Shown in pieces: positions 9,916 to 18,518 of a stretch of DNA of 64,000 bases. The DNA is from an uncultured Candidatus Saccharibacteria bacterium (GTDB lineage: Bacteria > Patescibacteriota > Minisyncoccia > Phycocordibacterales > UBA9973): the NCBI GenBank assembly GCA_964401705.1, contig CAYNZJ010000001.1, forward strand, positions 3,648-67,647, written 5' to 3'. Under the pieces are notes generated by a model, which saw only the letters and a list, made by a program, of their open reading frames with translations, had not been told where the DNA came from and did not search any database. The translations under genes and the position numbers were made by a program. How positions within the stretch are numbered: the first letter of the stretch is position 1; every line of letters begins with the position of its first letter.

Positions 9916-10221
9916 TCAATCATTTTTTTCCATAGAGTAGCTAAAATCATACCAACCCTCTATTGTCATATCTCCTGCAAATCTCTTTTCTAATGTTGTA
10001 AGAAAGGCATCTTTTGCCTTATCAGATGCTAACATTAAAATATCATCCATGTAACTGCATTTTATAAAATACATATTTCCTTTAGATGTTGTTCGCATCG
10101 TACCTGTAAATCCGCCCCATTCTTGAAGTTCAGTAATTGACTTATATACACAATAGACATCGTTATAATCTTCAAGTTCAACTGCGTTAATCCATTCATT
10201 AAAATCTGTAATTGTTGCCAT
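9916..10221 (-). CDS. Hypothetical protein
   Basis: ORF starting MATITDFNEW; convergent with ardC across a hairpin near 9879-9903. Confidence 0.6.
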   Translation of the reverse strand: MATITDFNEWINAVELEDYNDVYCVYKSITELQEWGGFTGTMRTTSKGNMYFIKCSYMDDILMLASDKAKDAFLTTLEKRFAGDMTIEGWYDFSYSMEKND

Positions 10222-10303
10222 ATTAAAATAAAATATCAAAAACGAAGGTAATTAATATAAACGAGGATAATAATAATTAAATATAAAATCGATAATTTTA
10301 TCA

Positions 10304-10548
10304 ATTTGTTTGCAAATAGTTTGCAAATCGTTCCAAATTAAAAGGGGTTTCATTTCTGAAACCCCTTGTGGTGCGGATGATAGGACTCGAACCTACACGC
10401 CGCAAAGCACCAGATCCTAAGTCTGGCAAAATATGGTTTCATATGGTTTTATATGAATTAATATGTGTTGAATATCAGGTAATTATAATTTTATTGCCAT
10501 AAATGAAACCAAATAAAAGTAATATTTGTTTGCAAATGGTTTGCAAAT
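10304..10548. other. Intact attP of the Bacteroidota-type integrase
   Basis: 25-bp direct repeats ATTTGTTTGCAAATRGTTTGCAAAT at 10304-10328 and 10524-10548 flank a tRNA-Leu 3' fragment just upstream of int. Confidence 0.75.
10369..10427 (-). pseudogene. 3' fragment of tRNA-Leu(UAG), att core
   Basis: Minus strand: CCAGA-CTTAGGA-TCTGG anticodon arm, long variable arm, GTAGGTTCGAGTCCTAT T-arm, CCA end; 5' acceptor strand and D-arm absent. Confidence 0.85.
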
Positions 10549-10556
10549 TATCTTTG
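10525..10556 (+). promoter_or_regulatory. Bacteroidota-type promoter of int
   Basis: TTTG (10525) - 20 nt - TATCTTTG (10549-10556) fits the TTTG/TAnnTTTG consensus. Confidence 0.55.
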
Positions 10557-10560
10557 TGAT

Positions 10561-11787
10561 ATGGCTTTCAGTGTTCGAATAGTATTAGATGATAGAAACC
10601 GAAAAAGGGATGGTTTTCCGTTGGTCTTAAGAATTATCGCAAATCGCCATAGTACTTCGATTCCATTGGGTTTATCTTTAGAACTGAATGAATGGAACGA
10701 AAAAAACCAAACAATCCGTACTTCCTGTCAAAAGTTATCGAATGTGACCAGAGAGAATGCTAAGATAACTAAAAAGAGCCAAGAAGCATTTGAGATACTA
10801 TCCCAATTGGATGAAGATGGTGAACTCACCAAAATGAGTATCTCAGATATTAAAAAACGCATCCTAAAAGAAAATAAGCCGACCTTGCTAAGTGATTATA
10901 CAAAAGAAATAATCTCCGAAATGAAGGCTACTGGTAGACTTGGTAATGCCAGATCTTACCACGAATTCTTGCAATGGGTAATAAAATACAACGGGACAGC
11001 AGATATTCCTTTGGAATATTTAACACTGTTATGGATTAAAAAGATGGAACAGAAGTTTTTATCAGCAGGGAATTCGATTAATGGTCTTGGCGTTAAACTT
11101 CGATCCTTAAGAGCTCTTTTAAATAGAGCTATATCGGAAAACTTATTTTCTAAAGAATCCTATCCTTTTAGTCAGTATAAAATAAAAAAACAGGAAACCG
11201 CAAAAAGGGCATTACCTAAAGCTGCAATAACCAAACTTATTAATACACCTATTGAAACTGACCAAATACTAGAAAGGACCAGACGTATATTTCTAATCTC
11301 ATTTTATATGCGTGGAGCCAGTTTTTCGGATATCTGCTTTTTAAAAGTTGGCGATATTAATGATAACCGTATTTACTACAACCGGAGAAAAACTTCAAAA
11401 CTATATAGCATATCTATTTCTGAGCCATTAGCAGAACTTCTTAAACATTTTACCAAAGGAAAAACGGGTAACGATTTTATTTTACCATTTCTAAAAAAGG
11501 AAATGACTTTAGAACAAGCATACTCAGTTTCAAGGTCTGCTCTCGGTGAATACAATAAGAACCTTCGATCACTGGCAATGCATTTTGAGATAAAAGCTGA
11601 TTTCATGTCAACAAATACAATAAGGCACTCTTTCGCATCACTTGCTAGAGATTCAGGCGTGGATGTATCGACTGTTAGTAAAATGCTTGGCCACAGTGAT
11701 TTAAAAACAACTCAAATTTATCTCGCAAGTATAAGCGATGAAACTATCGATGAAGCGTTTGAAATGGTAATGGGTAATTTGGCTTAA
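10561..11787 (+). CDS. int: Tyrosine integrase, Bacteroidota mobilizable-transposon type
   Basis: Arm-binding N-terminus (FPLVLRII...W); RRKT, TIRHSFAS, LGHSDLKTTQIY catalytic motifs. Confidence 0.9.
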   Translation: MAFSVRIVLDDRNRKRDGFPLVLRIIANRHSTSIPLGLSLELNEWNEKNQTIRTSCQKLSNVTRENAKITKKSQEAFEILSQLDEDGELTKMSISDIKKRILKENKPTLLSDYTKEIISEMKATGRLGNARSYHEFLQWVIKYNGTADIPLEYLTLLWIKKMEQKFLSAGNSINGLGVKLRSLRALLNRAISENLFSKESYPFSQYKIKKQETAKRALPKAAITKLINTPIETDQILERTRRIFLISFYMRGASFSDICFLKVGDINDNRIYYNRRKTSKLYSISISEPLAELLKHFTKGKTGNDFILPFLKKEMTLEQAYSVSRSALGEYNKNLRSLAMHFEIKADFMSTNTIRHSFASLARDSGVDVSTVSKMLGHSDLKTTQIYLASISDETIDEAFEMVMGNLA

Positions 11788-11830
11788 CCTCAATTGCAGA
11801 TACTAAAGTAAATATTTAATTTTGACGGAC

Positions 11831-12100
11831 ATGGAAATAATATGTCTGGAATCAGATGCGCTCTATAATCTCGTTGAAAAGGTTGTTGAAAGATTGAAGT
11901 TACTGGATGGAGTCGCTCAAGAAAAGTGGATATCTGATGTTGAAGCCATGCGAATTTTGAACATAAAATCAAAAACAACCTTACAACATCTTCGCGATGA
12001 TGGAAGTCTAAAATACTCTCAACCAATGAAAAAGGTGATTCTTTACGATAGAGAATCTATAAATGAATATTTAGAAAAACACTCAAAAGATAAATTTTAA
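11831..12100 (+). CDS. Excisionase-like HTH protein
   Basis: WISDVEAMRILNIKSKTTLQHLRDDGSLKYSQ...ILYDRESI directly after int. Confidence 0.8.
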   Translation: MEIICLESDALYNLVEKVVERLKLLDGVAQEKWISDVEAMRILNIKSKTTLQHLRDDGSLKYSQPMKKVILYDRESINEYLEKHSKDKF

Positions 12101-12101
12101 A

Positions 12102-12389
12102 ATGGAAGAACTAGAAGTAACTCCACCGGAACAATATTTAAAAGGATTTAATAAAGGATATAGTTTTTCAAAAACATATCCTGATGCAGGTCAGCAGGTA
12201 TTAGATATTTTTTCTTCTCAAACTAACCTTTCCAGTGAAAATGACTTTACCTCAGTTACTGGTATGATTGATGGAATTAATCAACATAAAATTGAACAAG
12301 AAAGAGAATTGATAAATGAAAGCTTGGAGGATATCAAGGATTTACGAAATCAACAGGCTGAGGAAAAGTCTCCTGACCTAAATATTTAG
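12102..12389 (+). CDS. Hypothetical protein
   Basis: YLKGFNKGY motif; C-terminus resembles the relaxase tail. Confidence 0.6.
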   Translation: MEELEVTPPEQYLKGFNKGYSFSKTYPDAGQQVLDIFSSQTNLSSENDFTSVTGMIDGINQHKIEQERELINESLEDIKDLRNQQAEEKSPDLNI

Positions 12390-12475
12390 TATAGTAAAAT
12401 AATAATGATACAAGAAGAGGATTTGTCGGTTGGAGAATCGGCAGAAAGCAATATTGTATTGAGGCTAATGCCATG

Positions 12476-12504
12476 ATAGGACTGATTTCAGTCCTATTTT
12501 TTTA
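12476..12504 (+). terminator. Intrinsic terminator
   Basis: ATAGGACTGA-TT-TCAGTCCTAT followed by a T-tract. Confidence 0.75.
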
Positions 12505-12557
12505 TTTCATGGTTGTGTCTCTAGATGGCTTCTACTCAAAAACAAAATGCTATATTT

Positions 12558-14033
12558 TTATACCATTGGTTGAAAATCTAAATAATATTTAGCATTAAGT
12601 TCATTTTCAAATAAACATACGTTATTTTCATAAAAAGTTATGGTTGAGTAAATAGGATTTAAACATATATTACCTTCACTAGTTAATGCGCCCATTTTAT
12701 TATTATTTTTGATGAGTAAATAGAATAAATGTAGTTTTCTTTTTTTAAAATTTACAACTCTTTCATAATCAATAACACTTGTAACCATTTCATTATTGTT
12801 TTTATCGAACCCAACCACTTCTTTTGTAAATCCAAGATTTTTGAGAAAATATGGTTGCTTTTTAGGTGAATCTAAAAGCATATTACCAAATATGCCAAGA
12901 ATTTCAAATTTTGTCGATTTGGTTCCAACAATTTCTCCGTTAAACAAGTATAGCTTGTCATTTTTAATAAATAGAAATATTTTCTTATTATTCATAGAAT
13001 AAAAGGTGAGACAAAACTCGAAATCAATCTTTATTACATATTTTAAATCATCACAATCCTTAAGATACTCTGTTAAAAAAATATCTCCAACGATAACGGG
13101 TTTATCATTTTGTTTTACTTCCTCAATTGAAACACTCTTTTGAGTGTCTAAAACAATTTTGTTATAAAATGTGGGTTTAATTTCAAGGGAATCCTTCTTT
13201 TGTTTATCTTTTACAAGTAAATGATTAGCTTTATTAGGAACCTCACTAATAGACTCTATGGATTTATTTTTTGCTAACTGATATTTTACTATTTCTTGAT
13301 TTAAGGCATTATTCTTCGTATTGAGTGAATTAATTTCCTTCTGCAAATCTTGTTTTGATTTTTCAAGACCAATAATTGAATTATTGAGATTTTTTAGTTC
13401 AACCTTATTGTTTTTCTCGATCTCACTATTTTCATTTTTTAATATATGAATTTGGTCCTGCAATACAATTTTTTCATTCGAAAAAGCCATTTTGATTTCT
13501 TCTATTTGCAATTCATACTTCTTTTGGATAAAAGGTTCTTGATAGTTCTTTCTCTGATTTGCCAAATCTCTTATGTTTAATTCGTTTAAAAAAGTAGAAA
13601 GTTTACTTGATTTTTCAAAATCAAAATGCACAAGAGCCTTAGGGATTTTTATATTAAATTCAAGTTTAAAAAAATTTAAAATATGTTCATAAATTAGCTG
13701 TTCTATTTGATTAATTTCTAACTGCTTAGACTTTTTAATGGGTTTAGAAGAAACTTTATGAGTTGAGTTATTTCGATATTTTCTAAATGCTTGCAGGATA
13801 TTTTTATTCTTCACATAAAACGAATATTTCACATTTAATTCGCCTAAAGACTGCATCAACATAAGGTTGTCATAATAGAACTTATTACTATTACCTTCTT
13901 TTAAAAAGACCTGTGTTTCAGCTATCTTTTCACAAACTAAATGTAAAGCTTCTTTTTTGTCCTTATCAATCTCACTTGAAACCGATATATGGAAAGCCAA
14001 TAAAATTTCTTTTAATTGTTCATAAATATTCAT
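12558..14033 (-). CDS. Putative HEPN (DUF4145-like) / coiled-coil protein
   Basis: RNNSTH (RxxxxH, aa 87-92) in a helical N-terminus; long coiled coil; WG-repeat-like C-terminus. Confidence 0.5.
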   Translation of the reverse strand: MNIYEQLKEILLAFHISVSSEIDKDKKEALHLVCEKIAETQVFLKEGNSNKFYYDNLMLMQSLGELNVKYSFYVKNKNILQAFRKYRNNSTHKVSSKPIKKSKQLEINQIEQLIYEHILNFFKLEFNIKIPKALVHFDFEKSSKLSTFLNELNIRDLANQRKNYQEPFIQKKYELQIEEIKMAFSNEKIVLQDQIHILKNENSEIEKNNKVELKNLNNSIIGLEKSKQDLQKEINSLNTKNNALNQEIVKYQLAKNKSIESISEVPNKANHLLVKDKQKKDSLEIKPTFYNKIVLDTQKSVSIEEVKQNDKPVIVGDIFLTEYLKDCDDLKYVIKIDFEFCLTFYSMNNKKIFLFIKNDKLYLFNGEIVGTKSTKFEILGIFGNMLLDSPKKQPYFLKNLGFTKEVVGFDKNNNEMVTSVIDYERVVNFKKRKLHLFYLLIKNNNKMGALTSEGNICLNPIYSTITFYENNVCLFENELNAKYYLDFQPMV

Positions 14034-15483
14034 CTACATCCTTCAAATATTTTTTAAGAGTGTTTATTGAACCGATCCCTAGTGCTTTTTGGGCTTTTGA
14101 CAAATTTCCATTAAAAATGGCTACTACGGATTTAACATGTGCTTTTATAACTTCATTTAGTTTTAACGATTTAATATTAAGGTTCTTAACTCTCTCAGGA
14201 AGATTTTCGGTGTCTATTATTTCCAAGCCGAATGCATAAAATCTTTCCACAATGTTCTGTAATTCTCTAATATTCCCAGGCCATGAGTGATTGTATAGAA
14301 TTTTCATAGCATTAGGAGTGAATTCAAGAAGTTTTCTTTTACTACCCATTTCATTTTGGAATCTAGTATTGAAAAAGTTTAACAATGCTTTTATATCGTT
14401 TGTACCTCGCTGTCTCAAAGGTGGTAAAGAAATTTCTGCAACAGACAATCTATAGTATAAATCCCAACGGAAACTTCCTTTTTCGCATTCTTCATAAAGA
14501 TTTTTATTAGTCGCAGCAATAATTCTCAAATTAATTTTTTCTGAATTCGTACTTCCAACCTTTTGTATTTCACCTTCTTGCAATACCCTGAGTAGTGCAA
14601 TCTGCATTTGAGGATTTATGTCGCCAATTTCGTCTAAAAAAATTGTTCCACTATTGGCCGAATGAAAATAGCCATCTGTTGTCTCTATGGCATTGGTAAA
14701 TGCACCTTTTACATATCCAAACAACCTACTTTCTAATAAATCTGGACTAATCGCTGCACAATTCACGGTAACATACGGGCTATTATATCTTGAAGAATTT
14801 TTATGAATAAACTTTGCCACATGTTCTTTTCCAGTGCCGGTTTCACCTTCAATTAGAACAGTAGTTTTTTGAGTTAACGCAATTTCTTTTGCTAACTTAT
14901 AAACTGGTATGATTTTATCTGTGATGCAATAATTATCAAGGTCTTCTTCTGCTGATTTCTTATTTCTGGGTTTTACTAGATTCTCATGAATTATTAGAAA
15001 ATCAGTAATTGTTGAACTGCTAAATTGAATTTGAACCAAATTTGGATTTCCTGTTCCAGTATCTTCTTTTTTAATAGTTTGGAACAATCTAGTGTTTGCC
15101 TTAAACTCCATATGGAGCATATACCATACAACTTGCATAGTTGGAGTTCCTGGGGACACAAAAAAATCAATGTTAAATTGTTTAAATTCCAGAATCAAAG
15201 GGTAAAGAGCAGCATGTATTAAGTTAAAGTTTATGACATCTTGTGGCGCTAAGGCCATATAACGCAATTCAATTTGATGGAGTGGAAATGATTTTTTTAA
15301 TGTTGAAAACAAAGTTAGTCCTTTGGTGTATTCCTGACTACTTGACTCAGTTGATAGAAGAATGTGTTTGTCATAACCTTTAAAAAAGTGCTGATGAAAA
15401 CTATATGTTGGACCATTAGTATTAATGCGATTATTTTCAAAATCATTAGTTGCTGCTAACCACGAAATGAGAATTTTCGGCAT
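14020..15483 (-). CDS. Sigma54-type AAA+ activator with RtcR/CARF-like N-terminal domain
   Basis: ILISW, GPT, SPGTP in the N-domain; GETGTGKE, GAFTNA, FLDEIGD, WPGNIREL; Fis-type HTH. Confidence 0.85.
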   Translation of the reverse strand: MPKILISWLAATNDFENNRINTNGPTYSFHQHFFKGYDKHILLSTESSSQEYTKGLTLFSTLKKSFPLHQIELRYMALAPQDVINFNLIHAALYPLILEFKQFNIDFFVSPGTPTMQVVWYMLHMEFKANTRLFQTIKKEDTGTGNPNLVQIQFSSSTITDFLIIHENLVKPRNKKSAEEDLDNYCITDKIIPVYKLAKEIALTQKTTVLIEGETGTGKEHVAKFIHKNSSRYNSPYVTVNCAAISPDLLESRLFGYVKGAFTNAIETTDGYFHSANSGTIFLDEIGDINPQMQIALLRVLQEGEIQKVGSTNSEKINLRIIAATNKNLYEECEKGSFRWDLYYRLSVAEISLPPLRQRGTNDIKALLNFFNTRFQNEMGSKRKLLEFTPNAMKILYNHSWPGNIRELQNIVERFYAFGLEIIDTENLPERVKNLNIKSLKLNEVIKAHVKSVVAIFNGNLSKAQKALGIGSINTLKKYLKDVDEYL

Positions 15484-15676
15484 ATTTAAAATTAGAAAAA
15501 TCAAATCTATTATCAAATTTTGATAATTACAAGCAGATAATGAATACGAGCATTTCCAAATCAGAATCATATTTTAGATATCGTACTTGTTAAAATCAAA
15601 AAAGTACCTTGTATGGTTTGAAATGGGAAACAAACTTAAATATTGAATAAGGATAACCTTTTTGCAAAAAGTAAAT

Positions 15677-15836
15677 AAAAAACCCCCTCATATGTGAGGA
15701 GGCCGAAGATTTTTCAACAGTGTAAGTAGCAATTGCCTCTAACCTGATTAATGATCGCGATTCACCAATCAGAGGTACCAGGTTCATCGGGTACTGGTAT
15801 ACATACAATCATAAAGAACATCTTCGTAGGAGCCTT
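15677..15836 (-). ncRNA. Putative structured ncRNA (unit A)
   Basis: TTGACA-17-TATACT promoter (15843-15871), stems with G-U pairs on the minus strand, terminator at 15677-15702. Confidence 0.5.
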
Positions 15837-15931
15837 GCATAAAGTATAGCATAAAGTTATTTAAATGTCAAGATTAATTAATTGTAAATCAATTATATAC
15901 AGTGAAATGCTTATTAGAATTACGAAAAAAT

Positions 15932-16151
15932 AAAAACCCTCAATTTTAATTGAGGGTAAAGAATTTGTTGATGTAGAAGCCTCAGAATTCACCATGCCTC
16001 ACGCCTAAGACTGGATGTAAGATAAGGAGGGCCACCAACGCCCTTTTGACATCAATGTTGATGTAGAGGCCTTTAAGATTTGCCATATAAATATGGTTGG
16101 GTTAAACAAAAAGGGCCACCAATCATTGTAATAGTCGAAGAACTAACTCTT
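15932..16151 (-). ncRNA. Putative structured RNA or small-peptide mRNA with dual repeats (unit B)
   Basis: TTGACA-17-TACAAT promoter (16158-16186); two TTGGTGGCCCT...AGGCYTCTACATCAACA units; terminator at 15932-15957; 34-aa ORF at 16086-15982. Confidence 0.5.
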
Positions 16152-16373
16152 TGTTCAATTGTAGCATATTTGATATTATTTGTCAAATAATGATAATAAA
16201 AGTCAATAAATGAATACAAATAAAGAATAAATTTCACATTGCCATTTTTTAATGTATTGATTATGAGTAATATGTATTTTATTTAAAATTAGGTAACCAA
16301 TTTGTATTTTCTAAAGCAAAATTGATTTAAACCCAAACTAACAAATCTCAATTAAAACTCAAAACGTAAAAAC

Positions 16374-17516
16374 ATGGAAAACAAAAACACAATCGTCTAC
16401 ACAAACTATCACCATGAAGGAATTGACAACTACCTCGCATCATGGAAAAAACAAACTTCATCAGAAGTGCAACTAAAGGCGAAAACCAACGCCGGAAAGA
16501 AATTACCGAAAGCTATCGGTGATGATTTTAAACGGTACATTGGTTACTTTAAGGAAAAAGCTCAGGAATGTCTTCGAGACATAGATCGAATCTTAAAAAT
16601 CACTCCTGTTTTATTCAAGATCAAACAATTACGCGATAAACGCGATGAGATGGTCTTTAAAGCTAATGGAAAAAAGGAGGAGTTGGAATCAAAATCTGTT
16701 TCGCTCAATCCTGATGCCAATCACGCCGAACACAAATTAGTTAGAGCCGGTTCCATAATCGCTTTACTTATTCTTGTACTACTAAGCACAGCAGAGACCT
16801 TTCTGTCTTACAAACCGTTCTATTATCTAACAGGTAACAAAGTTTCCACCTGGACTATTTGTATTGTATTCGCAATACTTTGGATAATCGGAGCCGAGAA
16901 ATTTTCTAAGTTCATCAAAGATCAAGCGATTACAAAAAAAGGTATCAAACTTTTCTTTATTATCATAGCCTGCACCTTTGTATTCTATAGCATCGCCCAT
17001 TTACGTGTTTTAGAGAAAGCTTGTTCACGAGCTATTTTAAACGAAGAACCAATCCCAAGCTTTTTTGCTATCAACTTTACTGAAGCTTTAGTCCTTACAG
17101 GAATAGGCTGGGTGTTTTTCATCGGTGGGGTTTGGGTTTCTCAACTATCGCCATCTATTCAAGAAGTTAGGCAAGCCCTGATCCAAAGATTTAACCGAAG
17201 GAAGGCATTAAAAATTCAAAAGGAAATCTTACTTCTACAAGCTGAAATTGACGCAGAAAACGAAAAAATAGCCAAAGAAGAGCATGCAGCCATTTCTCTC
17301 TTAAATATACGTAAGCAGGCAATTAAGGAGGTTGTAGGCTATCTAGAATTCCTTTGCGAGGAGTACAAGGAGGTTAACTATTCATCACGTGTTGATGGTG
17401 TTTACCCCGACTGCTTTAACGAAAAGGTAACTTATGACATGGATACAATTGTACCTAATATCAAGGAAGATCTGGAATTTCAAATGGATAACGCTAACGC
17501 ATCTAAACTTAAATAA
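16374..17516 (+). CDS. Multi-pass membrane protein with coiled coils
   Basis: About 4 TM helices flanked by helical regions; first gene of the transfer run. Confidence 0.6.
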   Translation: MENKNTIVYTNYHHEGIDNYLASWKKQTSSEVQLKAKTNAGKKLPKAIGDDFKRYIGYFKEKAQECLRDIDRILKITPVLFKIKQLRDKRDEMVFKANGKKEELESKSVSLNPDANHAEHKLVRAGSIIALLILVLLSTAETFLSYKPFYYLTGNKVSTWTICIVFAILWIIGAEKFSKFIKDQAITKKGIKLFFIIIACTFVFYSIAHLRVLEKACSRAILNEEPIPSFFAINFTEALVLTGIGWVFFIGGVWVSQLSPSIQEVRQALIQRFNRRKALKIQKEILLLQAEIDAENEKIAKEEHAAISLLNIRKQAIKEVVGYLEFLCEEYKEVNYSSRVDGVYPDCFNEKVTYDMDTIVPNIKEDLEFQMDNANASKLK

Positions 17517-17518
17517 TT

Positions 17519-18217
17519 ATGAAGACACTAATATTTACATCACTCATTCTAATTCTAATTGGATGTTCAGAAAACAAAGGAATTATCGAAAAGGAAGTCG
17601 TCTGTGTCATTGATGGCACAGATACTACCATCCATAAACCATCATTCAAAGAAATCAAACCCTTTTTGAATTTAACCGACAATGATTTTGGGTTGGTCTT
17701 TAAAACTAAAATGATAGGGGATATTGATTTCGGAAATTCTTTCGAGCTAAGTTTAAGCCCCAAGGATTATAGTATCGACGAAACCATTGAAGATCGGTTT
17801 TTCCGAAAAAAGAAGTTTTTAAAACATGCTCAGGCCGGATATTTAAAAGTTTCCTCCACCGCAACTCCTAAGGATCACTCAATAATTTATCGGGTAATCG
17901 CCAAGGAACTTAATAAGTTATCAGGTTCAAAAGCCAAACAGCGTACCTTGTTGGTAAACTCAGATCTTATGGAGAATTCAAAGGAACTTAATTTCTATAA
18001 TCCGAGACACTATAGCCTACTAATGAACAGCCCATGTGAAGTGGAGAAATTACTTATTAGACAATTGAAATTAATGGATTTAAAAGGCATTGAAGTTTAT
18101 TTCCTTTTTCAGCCAAAAGATTTCTATCAGAACGATACGTACAAAGCAATCTTGGACATTTATATCAAGATAATTAGCGAGGCAGGCGGGGTTTGTAAAA
18201 TCGGTAATGAATCTTGA
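17519..18217 (+). CDS. Lipoprotein, possibly VWA-like
   Basis: Lipobox ILIGC; VIDGTD and LLVNSDLMEN motifs. Confidence 0.55.
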   Translation: MKTLIFTSLILILIGCSENKGIIEKEVVCVIDGTDTTIHKPSFKEIKPFLNLTDNDFGLVFKTKMIGDIDFGNSFELSLSPKDYSIDETIEDRFFRKKKFLKHAQAGYLKVSSTATPKDHSIIYRVIAKELNKLSGSKAKQRTLLVNSDLMENSKELNFYNPRHYSLLMNSPCEVEKLLIRQLKLMDLKGIEVYFLFQPKDFYQNDTYKAILDIYIKIISEAGGVCKIGNES

Positions 18218-18329
18218 CAATTTCGGCTTGAAAAGCGAAAATGTAACTACAGAAGTATCAGAATTAAAACGGGGATTGGAATTCATTCCCCGTTTTATCT
18301 TAAACAATCGAATAATAGAATAATTATAA

Positions 18330-18506
18330 ATGGCTCACAAACAACATAGCGGTGGTATCGGCAACTTTCTATTGGGGGCAATAAAATTTATCGTGAAAGT
18401 CATATTTAGAATATGTGTTTTAGTATTGGTATTCATCGGTAAATTAATTGTCGCAATACTCGAAAAGATTATAGAGGTGGCGGAACACAAACATAATAAA
18501 CACTAA
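18330..18506 (+). CDS. Small membrane protein (58 aa, not in ORF track)
   Basis: MAHKQHSGGIGNFLLGAIKFIVKVIFRICVLVLVF..., just upstream of the coupling protein. Confidence 0.5.
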   Translation: MAHKQHSGGIGNFLLGAIKFIVKVIFRICVLVLVFIGKLIVAILEKIIEVAEHKHNKH

Positions 18507-18518
18507 CCAAATAAACAT

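Noticed and set aside
10369-10427. Functional tRNA-Leu
   Set aside because: The 5' acceptor strand and D-arm are missing; it is an att core
7104-12389. Prophage
   Set aside because: No terminase, capsid, tail or lysis genes; the content is mobilization-type
15596-15808. 70-aa ORF from the track
   Set aside because: It runs through a strong terminator and overlaps a structured RNA; no recognisable protein features
15966-16122. CRISPR array
   Set aside because: Only two units with two different short repeats, and no cas genes nearby
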